Below are positions 48,087 through 56,981 of a stretch of DNA of 62,017 nucleotides, one piece after another. Under the pieces are notes generated by a model. That model saw only the letters and a program-made list of their open reading frames with translations. It was not told the DNA's origin and did not search any database. The translations under genes and the position numbers were made by a program. Numbering within the stretch: position 1 is the first letter of the stretch; each line of letters opens with the position of its first letter. Source of the stretch: a virus (lineage: Duplodnaviria > Caudoviricetes); IMG/VR virus record IMGVR_UViG_3300037242_000178, positions 1 to 62,017 of that record. The stretch is one strand, 5' to 3'.

Positions 48087-49628
48087 TTATTTTTCAAATC
48101 TATCTTTATTTAACTCAAAAACTTTCCCGTTTGACATCTGACTGGCGTTTTTCACGACATTTTCTCCGTGCGCGATTATTTTTTCATTAAGATTTTCGTC
48201 GGAAAGCATTTCTTTCCTCACGAAAGCTACACGCGACCTTTCCATCCTCGTGCCGCCCCGAAAAATCCACTTTTCTTGCCCCGACTGCGGATTTTTTGAA
48301 ACGTACCCGGCCTGTTGCATCCGTTTATGCAGTAAGCGCGTGGCTGAGACCACCTCCCGAACTTTATCTGCATGGTCGAATCCGTCGCGAAGCAACTCGA
48401 ACCCGAATACAATCTGTGGTCTTCCCAATCGATCAAGCGCTGCATCGAAAGCGTCTTCCGGTACCCCCCACGTATTGCACACACTCTGTTTCATCACGGT
48501 GTCTTTTGCCGATGCTTTGGGATCGAACGAGGATATGTCTCGCTGCATGAGCCATGCGTTGACCGCTGCGAACCCTACTTTATCCATCCATGCCACAAGA
48601 TTTTTAAAGTAGCTTTCATCATCTTCTCTTTTGAACCATTCTGAGGCTAATGGGGAATGCATGATAAACATCCGTTTATCTTCTTCGGGGATGTGCATAG
48701 CGAAAGGATCGTTTGTCGTCATGATAATCCGCAGAATGTTGATGACGTATTGCTGGTTGATGCCTTTATATTCTATCGGTAGCGTGTCAGGCGGCGCGGC
48801 GCACAACGGCTTTAAAATGTTGTACATCGCAATCGCCTGTGCTTTGGCCACAGGTTTTACTTCATCGATGACGAGTAACGCTGTTTTCAAAAAAGGCTGG
48901 AATCGAAGAAACAATTGATCCGGCCCTATTCTGCGGCAGTTCCAGTGCCCCATCGATTTTATGACGGGTTGGAGAGCGACATCTTTCCCTATTCGCGTTT
49001 CGCCCGACAAAATTATCGCGATATTGCATTTTTCATATGTCTTTTGCACCATGTGCGCGCAATAATCAAAGAAAACATTGTGCTCTTCTTTGTCAGGCCA
49101 AAGCTTTTTTACGTGATTTATCCAAGGCCACGCCATGTCCACATCACCTTTCAGGTCTGGCGGCGGAACGTATTGATTATAGAAACGTCTTCCGGGAACT
49201 GGGGAAGCTCCCGCTTCTCCGACGAAAAAATTTTCGATGATTTGAGGCTTTCCAGGCCACCATGTGGAACCTTCGACGAACTGATTCCGCTCCACGCGCT
49301 TTATGTCTTCGCTAGGCTTTATCAATTTTGCTTTTTTTGTTTTAGGTCTTCCGGCTTTTTTTGGCGCAGCTGAATCCCCTTGTTCCATGGGTGACTCAGA
49401 TTCACTGTTAATTAGCCGCCACCTCTCAATAGGGATAGATGCGTCTACGGCATCAGGGCCGTTCAGGGTGCCATCTTCCAAATCCCAAAATTTTTCTTGA
49501 GATTTGTCATAAATGTAATCTTCTATTTTTGCTAACCGCCTCTGTTTTTTTGTTGCTTCGATTAAGTTTTTTTCACGCGCTTCTACACGCGCTTGCATCT
49601 CAATCTGAGTTGGCGTTTCGGTTTCCAT
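48087..49628 (-). CDS. SF3/primase-associated helicase (DUF5906-like)
   Basis: SGETRIGKD Walker A, VIDE Walker B and IMTTN sensor. Confidence 0.82.
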   Translation of the reverse strand: METETPTQIEMQARVEAREKNLIEATKKQRRLAKIEDYIYDKSQEKFWDLEDGTLNGPDAVDASIPIERWRLINSESESPMEQGDSAAPKKAGRPKTKKAKLIKPSEDIKRVERNQFVEGSTWWPGKPQIIENFFVGEAGASPVPGRRFYNQYVPPPDLKGDVDMAWPWINHVKKLWPDKEEHNVFFDYCAHMVQKTYEKCNIAIILSGETRIGKDVALQPVIKSMGHWNCRRIGPDQLFLRFQPFLKTALLVIDEVKPVAKAQAIAMYNILKPLCAAPPDTLPIEYKGINQQYVINILRIIMTTNDPFAMHIPEEDKRMFIMHSPLASEWFKREDDESYFKNLVAWMDKVGFAAVNAWLMQRDISSFDPKASAKDTVMKQSVCNTWGVPEDAFDAALDRLGRPQIVFGFELLRDGFDHADKVREVVSATRLLHKRMQQAGYVSKNPQSGQEKWIFRGGTRMERSRVAFVRKEMLSDENLNEKIIAHGENVVKNASQMSNGKVFELNKDRFEK

Positions 49629-49679
49629 GACGTTCCTAAGTTCGTTGTCGAATCGGAATTATATTGACGATGAACTCCT

Positions 49680-49853
49680 CTATTTCATAGACAAGCGCGC
49701 TGACATTCTTTTTCTCTTCATCTCTTCATCTCTTTTCGCTCTATGAAGAGATGTCGGCAGGACGCCGGATCTCCTCGCGGCTTGCGTAACGCTTTCCCCT
49801 GACGCGATTAATTTCAGGGCCGTTCTCATTTCTTCCGATCGCTTCGCTCCCAT
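49680..49853 (-). CDS. Small HTH DNA-binding protein (57 aa, absent from the ORF track)
   Basis: AGGAGG RBS; SVTQAARRSGVLPTSL helix-turn-helix. Confidence 0.65.
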   Translation of the reverse strand: MGAKRSEEMRTALKLIASGESVTQAARRSGVLPTSLHRAKRDEEMKRKRMSARLSMK

Positions 49854-49905
49854 AAAACCTCCTTTACGTTTGACGACAACTTATAATAATACAAATTACC
49901 GAAAA

Positions 49906-50874
49906 TCAACCGTTATCTTCCGCTGCATTCTCCAATTCCTCCCCGGACGTTTCGTTTATCCAATCCGTCAACTCATGCCATCCTGCGCTGGAACAAACAG
50001 AGTTGCCATGGTGACAACGAAAAGACCCGAAATATCCGTTTTCCGGCGCAGGCTCCCGAATGGCCGCGCCGGTGTCGGCTCTATCGGTATGATTGCCGAT
50101 GAAAGGGCAGTGAACCTCCATCCACCCGGAGCTGTCGGGCGTGTCTCTTTTTAACATTCCTCGCGCATAAAGCCATTTCCAATAAACGAGGAACATGCGA
50201 TTACGCTCAATCGCATCCTCGCTAACCAAGCGCAGCGGCTTGACAATCGTCCCGTTAATGGTTAGTTTAAACGCTTTGAGCAGCGCATCGATTGAATACC
50301 GCTTTTCGTTTAATTCCAATAAAGTCACTTTAAACGCGCCGCCATATTTCGCTTTGTCGTTGACATAACCGGGGATCCGCGCCACCCGCGTCACACCGGC
50401 TTGCCCTGGATCATGGCCGAGCAATTGCGCAGAGATGAACGCCCTGATTAATCCGTCGAACCGCCCCATATCCGTTTCCGGCCTGTCCAGGATGTACAAG
50501 CACTGATGATTGTTCGGGGACGTTTCGACAATCGATGTAGGCGGCAAAGCCTTGATGATATCTGGAGACACTTTCGACCCGAGGCCAGTTCCGACATCAT
50601 CGATAAACAGCGCCCGACCTGCGTCGAAACATGCGCCTCTACGGCGGAACGAATTATCAGCAGCACGCCCGAAGCTGCTGATGGTGACGTAAGCGTTCAT
50701 TTTCGGCAAAATTCCACAGTCGTACATCAAATCCTTGTCTGCCGACCATGGACGCGGCTTCCAGGCGGATGGCCCGACTTTATTCGGATCGCCTGCGAAT
50801 CCGCAAACGATTAATCTTTTTTCTTTTGGCAAATCCGCTCCAAGCGCGGACATAAACTCTTCGTTTTGCGACAT
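49906..50874 (-). CDS. RepB-type DNA primase (AEP family) with C-terminal zinc domain
   Basis: FIDDVG, ETSPNNHQ, RIPG and CP...H...FRCHH...C motifs. Confidence 0.82.
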   Translation of the reverse strand: MSQNEEFMSALGADLPKEKRLIVCGFAGDPNKVGPSAWKPRPWSADKDLMYDCGILPKMNAYVTISSFGRAADNSFRRRGACFDAGRALFIDDVGTGLGSKVSPDIIKALPPTSIVETSPNNHQCLYILDRPETDMGRFDGLIRAFISAQLLGHDPGQAGVTRVARIPGYVNDKAKYGGAFKVTLLELNEKRYSIDALLKAFKLTINGTIVKPLRLVSEDAIERNRMFLVYWKWLYARGMLKRDTPDSSGWMEVHCPFIGNHTDRADTGAAIREPAPENGYFGSFRCHHGNSVCSSAGWHELTDWINETSGEELENAAEDNG

Positions 50875-50887
50875 TTTGCCCTCAAGT

Positions 50888-51133
50888 TTAAATATTCTTT
50901 ATCTCGGCGAGTGCAGCCCTTACCTTTGCTTGATCGAGAGCGCGGACTATCCCGTTGTTGACTTGCGCGTAAATGCCGGTAGCGATAATGCGCACAAGCG
51001 CGCCAGACTCGGAAACGCTGCCGTCACACGACACAACGCCTACGAAGCGACTACCAATCGGCAGCTTGTCGGTGTAGAGCCAACAATTATCGCGGAGAGC
51101 GACGGCAATGCTGTCTCGGTTCGCGTGGGTCAT
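50888..51133 (-). CDS. Hypothetical protein
   Basis: GALV...TGIYAQVNNG...LDQ pattern; ATG follows the upstream stop. Confidence 0.6.
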   Translation of the reverse strand: MTHANRDSIAVALRDNCWLYTDKLPIGSRFVGVVSCDGSVSESGALVRIIATGIYAQVNNGIVRALDQAKVRAALAEIKNI

Positions 51134-51134
51134 T

Positions 51135-51449
51135 TTATTCGTCCACAAGCGATTGAATAGTCTCGTAATCGAGTGCTTCAACGGCTTCTTGCAGCTCATC
51201 GCTCACCTCGATATCGTCCAGAGTCACAACCTCGATTTCGGCATTGATGCCTAAACTAAACATAATCCTATTTGCGGCGGCGCGGTGCGTGCCTGTAAGC
51301 ATATTTCCGTCCTTGCAATCGATCAAAATCGACGGGATTTTATCGCCGCGTTTTGCAGCGCGGATTAATGCGCGCACTTTGCACCAATCGTTAACTGCGT
51401 GAATCGGGTTACAGCCTTGCACACTAGGGTAGAGGACTGGCAGCGACAT
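51135..51449 (-). CDS. Small ParB/Srx-like domain protein
   Basis: PSILID...LTGTHRAAA motif; GGAG RBS. Confidence 0.55.
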   Translation of the reverse strand: MSLPVLYPSVQGCNPIHAVNDWCKVRALIRAAKRGDKIPSILIDCKDGNMLTGTHRAAANRIMFSLGINAEIEVVTLDDIEVSDELQEAVEALDYETIQSLVDE

Positions 51450-51484
51450 GATTTTCTCCGGTTGTTTGTTGATTCGATGAATTC

Positions 51485-51512
51485 ATAATACCACACTTAC
51501 TAGAAAGCGCAA
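51485..51512 (-). promoter_or_regulatory. Sigma70-like early promoter, copy 1
   Basis: TTGCGC-TTTCTAGTAAGTGTGG-TATTAT. Confidence 0.75.
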
Positions 51513-51530
51513 GGAAATTTAAACAAAAAA

Positions 51531-51884
51531 TCAAAACGGGCATTTGGCGTCGGGCGGCAGGCGTCGATCATGATTCCAGGAAATATCCGTCTCAACATCA
51601 TCTGGATTTTCGTCGTACCTGGCGATGCGCGTGTCTTTTTCACAATTCGAATGATGAAAACAAAACTTGACGCCGGGGCGATGCGGGTGTTTGTGCCCTG
51701 AGCAATAACAGGTCTCTTTACTTCGGTCAATGCGACCTGCTGCACGGTCGTTGCGCTCTTTGTCCAAATAAAAGCGTCGATGCCCGCAGGTTTTGCACTT
51801 TTTGAAAGAAATATATTCCTCCAGTTTTTTGCGGAACATATTTCTCGCTCGGCACCTCATGCAACGATAAGCCGTCATCGCCAT
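51531..51884 (-). CDS. Zinc-finger protein
   Basis: Two CxxC motifs plus CYC...HPHR...C. Confidence 0.7.
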   Translation of the reverse strand: MAMTAYRCMRCRARNMFRKKLEEYISFKKCKTCGHRRFYLDKERNDRAAGRIDRSKETCYCSGHKHPHRPGVKFCFHHSNCEKDTRIARYDENPDDVETDISWNHDRRLPPDAKCPF

Positions 51885-52237
51885 ATTTTACCTCCATGCT
51901 TCTCTATTCGGATTAAGCGTCGATACGCGCCGAACAGAAATCCGGGCGCTTCGCTGTTGAAATCTCTCGCACAATCTATTGCGCCATTTAATAAATCTGT
52001 GTGGTACCAGCAAAAGCAAGGCACGTGCGCCAGAACGTAATCCCTGAGTTCGACGCAGTGAGCGCACGTTTTTGCAGTTGAAAAGTTTCCGTCCCACTTC
52101 CCTGCGACTCTTTCATATTTCTCGCCCGCATCAATTTTACCTTTGCATTCTAAGCATCGATGCGCCTTTCGTGCGGATAAAACGTTTTTTACCGAGTAAA
52201 AATCTGGCGAGCTATAATCACAATAACAGTCAACCAT
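51875..52237 (-). CDS. Zinc-binding phage protein
   Basis: ARKAHRCLEC...GEKY...TCAHC motif. Confidence 0.7.
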   Translation of the reverse strand: MVDCYCDYSSPDFYSVKNVLSARKAHRCLECKGKIDAGEKYERVAGKWDGNFSTAKTCAHCVELRDYVLAHVPCFCWYHTDLLNGAIDCARDFNSEAPGFLFGAYRRLIRIEKHGGKIWR

Positions 52238-52508
52238 GCTGTGCCTCCTTAGGCTCTGCCGCATCGGTAACATCCTCTTCCACCGGCTTCGCGAGCGGCT
52301 CAATCGTTCGCTCGTCGAAATACCAAGTTCCCGCGAGAAGCGTAAAGCCGGTTTGACAAATACCTTTCCGATCCATGCGTGCCGCCCAGACGTTGCAATC
52401 GCGAATCACCCCGTGAAAAGCGACTATTTCCACGATGCGCCCTGCGATTTGCGATTTACCGCTTTCCCGAACGACAATCGCTAAATCTCCCGGCTTGAAT
52501 TTGCTCAT
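52230..52508 (-). CDS. Hypothetical protein
   Basis: FKPGDLAIVV start; GAGGAG RBS. Confidence 0.7.
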   Translation of the reverse strand: MSKFKPGDLAIVVRESGKSQIAGRIVEIVAFHGVIRDCNVWAARMDRKGICQTGFTLLAGTWYFDERTIEPLAKPVEEDVTDAAEPKEAQHG

Positions 52509-52620
52509 AAAAACTCCTCTTAATTTAACCCCTAAACTTTCTAGTCACTCGACTTTACTTTAACACACTCGCTGATTTTATTCAAAAAGAATTTATTCGC
52601 TAGAAAGTTTGCGCTATAAT
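52509..52620. promoter_or_regulatory. Divergent control region with an 11-bp inverted repeat and TATAAT
   Basis: AAACTTTCTAG 52534-52544, CTAGAAAGTTT 52600-52610, TATAAT 52615-52620. Confidence 0.55.
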
Positions 52621-53188
52621 GATTTTACGAAAACGATTTAGAAAGATAAAAATGGACTGTGGCGGAAACACTCATCTCGATAAGGCGAAAAAAGAAGGCC
52701 TTGTTGAATTTAACGACAGGCTTAAGCTTAAGCTGGATTATCTCTTAGCTCGGGCACGAGGATACCCCAATTCTTTTTCCCCTGTGCAAAAAGCGTTCAT
52801 GTTTAATTTAACCGGCAAAGCGCTAGCTGGCGCCGGTTATCTGCCTGAAAGCAGCATTAAAATGCTTGACGAGCTATTCCGCCTCCTTCCTGCGTTTGCA
52901 GACGCAACCCGCGGAGCCTTCAACGCATGCGACCCGAACCGGGAGCCGGACAAAAAACAAGAAAAAGCGAACGACATTCAACGCGACGGCGATCATTACA
53001 AAAAATCGAAAATTCAGGTTCGGGATTTTATCGTCGCCAACAACCTTAATTATTTAGAGGGAAACGCGATTAAATATATAACGCGGCACCGCTCGAAAAA
53101 CGGTAAAGATGATTTGTTGAAAGCGACGCGCTATATCCAAAAGCTGCTGGAAATCGAATATTCAGAGGAGACGGAACGAAATGGCTGA
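52619..53188 (+). CDS. DUF3310-like (T7 gp1.7 nucleotide kinase-like) domain protein
   Basis: GDHY...GNAIKYITR...KNGKDDLLKA motif. Confidence 0.78.
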   Translation: MILRKRFRKIKMDCGGNTHLDKAKKEGLVEFNDRLKLKLDYLLARARGYPNSFSPVQKAFMFNLTGKALAGAGYLPESSIKMLDELFRLLPAFADATRGAFNACDPNREPDKKQEKANDIQRDGDHYKKSKIQVRDFIVANNLNYLEGNAIKYITRHRSKNGKDDLLKATRYIQKLLEIEYSEETERNG

Positions 53189-53960
53189 ACAAAAAACTCT
53201 CCGGCAGATGGTGGAGTTGAAAACGCACGAAGGGTTGACAAAATCTACTGCGTTCAAAATCGATCCGCGTGAAATCCGGATCGAAAGCGGATTCAATGCT
53301 CGCGCTATCGATGAAAATCATGTCGAAAGCATAAAAGCGTCAATAAAAGAAAATATGCGGATCCCGCCTATCATCGTGAAAGCGGTTGGAAACGCCATTT
53401 ATGTCCGCGACGGCCATCATCGCGTGGAAGCTTATTGTCAATTAATTCGTGAAGGCGAAAAAATCGATAAAATCGATGCGATAGAGTTTAAGGGCACGTG
53501 CGTTGACGAAATCTTTCTGCTTTTGACCAGTGCGCAAGGAAAACCTTTAGCTCCTGTTGAACAGGGATGTCAATTCAAAAAGTTGACGAAAAAAGGGTTG
53601 TCGCACGCGCAGATTGCCAAGAAAATTGGAAAAACCGTCCAGCATGTAGGACAGATGCTGAAACTGATTGAGCTGCCCGAAGACGTTTTGGTGATGGTGA
53701 AATCGGGCGATGTCTCAGCTAGAGTCGCAATGGCGGCAGTAAAGAAAAACGACGCGGCAGCGAAATCCGTTTTACAAGCAGGCATCTACAAAGCGCACGC
53801 GGCTGGCAGAGCGAAAGCGGTGAAAAGAGATTTAAACGACGATCAAATCAGCCTTGAAAAAGCGATCCGGCTGGAAATAAGGTCTAACGGTCTGTGGCGC
53901 GCAGAAAAGTTTTGCGAAAAACACGCCGATTTAATTGCTTATTTGCGCGGATCGAAATAA
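53181..53960 (+). CDS. ParB-like protein
   Basis: GFNAR, PPIIV, DGHHR motifs and HTH. Confidence 0.85.
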   Translation: MAEQKTLRQMVELKTHEGLTKSTAFKIDPREIRIESGFNARAIDENHVESIKASIKENMRIPPIIVKAVGNAIYVRDGHHRVEAYCQLIREGEKIDKIDAIEFKGTCVDEIFLLLTSAQGKPLAPVEQGCQFKKLTKKGLSHAQIAKKIGKTVQHVGQMLKLIELPEDVLVMVKSGDVSARVAMAAVKKNDAAAKSVLQAGIYKAHAAGRAKAVKRDLNDDQISLEKAIRLEIRSNGLWRAEKFCEKHADLIAYLRGSK

Positions 53961-53986
53961 TTTACAAGAAAGAAGGAGAAGCGAAA

Positions 53987-54160
53987 ATGACAACAAACAA
54001 GCGTCACACACAAGCGATTCGGGAAAGACGCTTGGCAGCTGATGTAAAACAGTTGAATCTGTATGTTCATACTTCCGAAATCGAGGCAGTTCGGCGCTAT
54101 GTTAAGCGCCTGCCTGTTACGAAAACAGTTCTTGCAGAACTAAAATTAAAGCGACTTTAA
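53987..54160 (+). CDS. Small basic protein
   Basis: AAGGAG RBS before MTTNKR. Confidence 0.55.
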   Translation: MTTNKRHTQAIRERRLAADVKQLNLYVHTSEIEAVRRYVKRLPVTKTVLAELKLKRL

Positions 54161-54196
54161 TTAAATTTGCAGGATTATAAAGCGATCAAACTCCTC

Positions 54197-54224
54197 TTGC
54201 GCTTTCTAGTAAGTGGACTATAAT
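54197..54224 (+). promoter_or_regulatory. Sigma70-like early promoter, copy 2
   Basis: TTGCGC-TTTCTAGTAAGTGGAC-TATAAT. Confidence 0.8.
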
Positions 54225-54255
54225 TCAGTTTATGGAAATGCAAACGGGGAAGACA

Positions 54256-54411
54256 GTGAACAAGTACACGGTCATAGTTAAATTTGCAGGAAAGTTCCTT
54301 GTGCAGGCGACTGTTTTTGCCGACACCGGTTTCGACGCTGTGGAAAAAGTGAAGGCGAGATTGCACAGCAAGTTCGACGGTCAATTTTATTATCGTCCTT
54401 ACAGAGGATAG
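54256..54411 (+). CDS. Hypothetical protein (51 aa, absent from the ORF track)
   Basis: GGGGA RBS and GTG start after the promoter. Confidence 0.5.
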   Translation: MNKYTVIVKFAGKFLVQATVFADTGFDAVEKVKARLHSKFDGQFYYRPYRG

Positions 54412-54518
54412 AATCATGTCAACGCTTCTTAAATTGTTTTTCGCGACAGCGCGAAATATTTCCGAGTCGATCTCAAACAAAATTCGCGAGATAGAGATAG
54501 AGCGGATGTTCGACTGAA

Positions 54519-54764
54519 ATGAAGCATGATTGTTCAACTCCGAATCGTCTGTTGAATGCGTTGCAAGAACATTTTGACGTAAAGTTCGATAGCGCGCTAG
54601 CGGATAAACTCGGATATTGTCGCGATACGATCACGCGCTATCGAAAAAAAGAGCATACCATTTCGCGATGCTTTTTAAATAACGCCCGATTAAAAACGGG
54701 TTGGCAAATCGAAAAAGTTTACCTGTTGGCCGGATTTAAATTATTGGAGAATGTAAATGTATAG
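54519..54764 (+). CDS. Cro/CI-like HTH protein
   Basis: DSALADKLGYCRDTITRYR motif. Confidence 0.7.
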   Translation: MKHDCSTPNRLLNALQEHFDVKFDSALADKLGYCRDTITRYRKKEHTISRCFLNNARLKTGWQIEKVYLLAGFKLLENVNV

Positions 54765-55650
54765 CTTATTTAAAAATCAAGATTCACAAGTTGAGTATTT
54801 AGCTGTTTTGACGCGAGAAATAGGGAGTGAAAGACTTTTTGCAAAAGTCGAAATCGAGGTCATTAAGGACAGCTTGAAGAAGAAAACGATAAAGAAACTG
54901 ATAAAAAACAACCACCCATTGCCCCAGGGTTGCACGATAGACGGCGACGCCTATTTGACGGGCTACGGCCACCAATTACCGCAGGGCTGCACGATTGGCG
55001 GGACGGCCTATTTGACAGGCTACAACCACCAATTACCCCAGGGCTGCACGATTGGCGGGGCGGCCTGTTTGACAGGCTACAACCACCAATTACCCCAGGG
55101 CTGCACGATAGGCGGCATGGCTTGGTTGGAGGGCTACGACCACCAATTGCCCCAGGGCTGCACGATTGGCGGGACGGCCTATTTGGCGGGCTACGACCAC
55201 CCGTTGTCGCCGGGTTGCGCGATAGGCGGCAGCGTTTTTTTAAGAGGCTACGGCCACCAATTGCCCCAGGGCTGCACGATAAGGGGTAGCGCCGATTTGA
55301 CGGGCTACGGCCACCAATTGCCCCAGGGCTGCACGATAGGCGGCAACGCTTGGTTGGAGGGCTACGACCACCCGTTGCCCCAGGGTTGCACGATAGGCGG
55401 CAGCGCCGATTTGAGAGGCTACAACCACCAATTGCCCCAGGGCTGCATGATTGGCGGCAACGCCGATTTGAGAGGCTACAACCACCAATTGCCCCAGGGC
55501 TGCACGATAGGCGGCGAAATTATCGACGACGCTCAAAACGTGCTAAAAGAATTTTCTACGAGCATGTTGTTGGCGTTTGCAAATAGTTTGTTAGACGCGC
55601 CTAAAATTGAAACTGTTGATGAGATTTTGAAAGAAATCGACGGTTTCTGA
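54757..55650 (+). CDS. 19-aa variable repeat protein A (10 full units, unique N- and C-termini)
   Basis: GGAG RBS; repeat array 54919-55515. Confidence 0.85.
   Translation: MYSLFKNQDSQVEYLAVLTREIGSERLFAKVEIEVIKDSLKKKTIKKLIKNNHPLPQGCTIDGDAYLTGYGHQLPQGCTIGGTAYLTGYNHQLPQGCTIGGAACLTGYNHQLPQGCTIGGMAWLEGYDHQLPQGCTIGGTAYLAGYDHPLSPGCAIGGSVFLRGYGHQLPQGCTIRGSADLTGYGHQLPQGCTIGGNAWLEGYDHPLPQGCTIGGSADLRGYNHQLPQGCMIGGNADLRGYNHQLPQGCTIGGEIIDDAQNVLKEFSTSMLLAFANSLLDAPKIETVDEILKEIDGF
54919..55515 (+). repeat. 57-bp coding tandem repeat, 10.5 units
   Basis: Visible 57-bp periodicity. Confidence 0.95.
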
Positions 55651-55676
55651 AATAACATTTAATCAAGGAAAATACC

Positions 55677-55832
55677 GTGAAAAATATAGTTGACAATAAC
55701 ATGGCGCAATTATCGTTCGCGTTACGTCTTAAAAGTTTAACAGGAACTTTCTGCGCAGCGAAGTACATGCGCGCTAACGATTGGCCACTGCAAACTGCGC
55801 TATGGATACTGGTTAATCGCGAATTTAAATAA
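55677..55832 (+). CDS. Hypothetical protein (51 aa, absent from the ORF track)
   Basis: AAGGA RBS; fills the gap between repeat genes A and B. Confidence 0.5.
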   Translation: MKNIVDNNMAQLSFALRLKSLTGTFCAAKYMRANDWPLQTALWILVNREFK

Positions 55833-55845
55833 AATTGGAAATTTT

Positions 55846-56430
55846 ATGAGTGAACATATAAAAAACAACCGCCCATTGCCGCAGGGCTGCACGATAGGCG
55901 GCATGGCTTGGTTGGAGGGCTACGACCACCAATTGCCCCATGGCTGCACGATTGGCGGCGATGCTTTTTTAAGAGGCTACGATCACCAATTGCCCCAGGG
56001 CTGCACGATAGGCGGCAACGCTTGGTTGGGGGGCTACGACTGCCCGTTGCCCCAGGGCTGCACGATTGGCGTCAACGCTTGGTTGGGGGGCTACGACTGC
56101 CCGTTGCCCCAGGGCTGCACGATTGGCGGCAGCGCTTTTTTAAGAGGCTACAAACACCCATTGCCCCAGGGCTGCACGATTGGCGGCAACGCCTATTTGA
56201 CAGGCTACGACCACCAACTGCCTGCCGACTTAAAAATGTATGGAGTGCCAGGGAAACTGTTGCTTTTCAATAAATATTCGTTATGGAAATCCGTGGATGG
56301 GCTGTATTACGCCGGATGCAAACGCGGGTTGACCTATGACAAGGCCGTGGCACTCGGCGAAAATTTCGAAGATCAAAATCTTTCGGCATTGTTCATCGCT
56401 GCTATTCAAAAAGATTTAGGTTTAATTTAA
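55846..56430 (+). CDS. 19-aa variable repeat protein B (6 units plus shared C-terminal domain)
   Basis: Repeat array 55876-56217; C-terminus near-identical to protein C. Confidence 0.85.
   Translation: MSEHIKNNRPLPQGCTIGGMAWLEGYDHQLPHGCTIGGDAFLRGYDHQLPQGCTIGGNAWLGGYDCPLPQGCTIGVNAWLGGYDCPLPQGCTIGGSAFLRGYKHPLPQGCTIGGNAYLTGYDHQLPADLKMYGVPGKLLLFNKYSLWKSVDGLYYAGCKRGLTYDKAVALGENFEDQNLSALFIAAIQKDLGLI
55876..56217 (+). repeat. 57-bp coding tandem repeat, 6 units
   Basis: Visible 57-bp periodicity. Confidence 0.95.
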
Positions 56431-56438
56431 ATTTCGCC

Positions 56439-56466
56439 TTGCACTTTCTAGTAAGTGGACTATAAT
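56439..56466 (+). promoter_or_regulatory. Sigma70-like early promoter, copy 3
   Basis: TTGCAC-TTTCTAGTAAGTGGAC-TATAAT. Confidence 0.8.
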
Positions 56467-56498
56467 TCAGTTTATTGAGATTCGTTAGGAAATGAAAA

Positions 56499-56663
56499 AT
56501 GAAATCGCATGAACCGATTCTTCCGTTAATTTGCGAGTTGCCAGACAGGGAGTTTTTGAAGTCGATTCGCGAAATTGAATTGGCTATAGCAAAAGAGCGG
56601 CATGAACAGCTTTTCCCAAAGCAAAACGAATTGCCGATTCTGCTTCGTCGGCAAGCTTTTTGA
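56499..56663 (+). CDS. Hypothetical protein (54 aa, ends LLRRQAF)
   Basis: AGGA RBS downstream of the promoter. Confidence 0.5.
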   Translation: MKSHEPILPLICELPDREFLKSIREIELAIAKERHEQLFPKQNELPILLRRQAF

Positions 56664-56677
56664 AACCTTTTTAAGGA

Positions 56678-56959
56678 TTGATTATGATGATTATGAAACG
56701 CCCATTTCACCGTTTTAAAAGTTTTATGGCAGAAATGGTAGCAGCTTTATCTGTGAAAGGTGGTGTATTCGACGAGGTGTATAAATCACGCGGGCACGGC
56801 GGAAAGCACAAACCGAATCGCAGCCGTCCATCTCCACGGAGATTCGGCGGAAAATACTCCGGTCATGTCGGAGAAAGACAAATAAAGCGGCAGCTCTCTC
56901 AAGGATTGTTCAATACCGTCGTCAACGACTTTTCGATTATGCAGCAAAAGAAGCGTTAA
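56678..56959 (+). CDS. Basic hypothetical protein
   Basis: YKSRGHGGK motif; AAGGA RBS. Confidence 0.55.
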   Translation: MIMMIMKRPFHRFKSFMAEMVAALSVKGGVFDEVYKSRGHGGKHKPNRSRPSPRRFGGKYSGHVGERQIKRQLSQGLFNTVVNDFSIMQQKKR

Positions 56960-56981
56960 TTATTAGGAAAGAATGTGAAAA

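Noticed and set aside
52509-54764. Lysogeny module (ParB plus HTH at a divergent region)
   Set aside because: No integrase, ParA or peptidase-bearing CI repressor seen; temperate lifestyle is unsupported though not excluded
54919-56217. 57-bp arrays as CRISPR arrays (constant part plus short variable part)
   Set aside because: Variable segments are only ~15 bp, recur between units and keep one open frame with RBS and start; no cas genes are present
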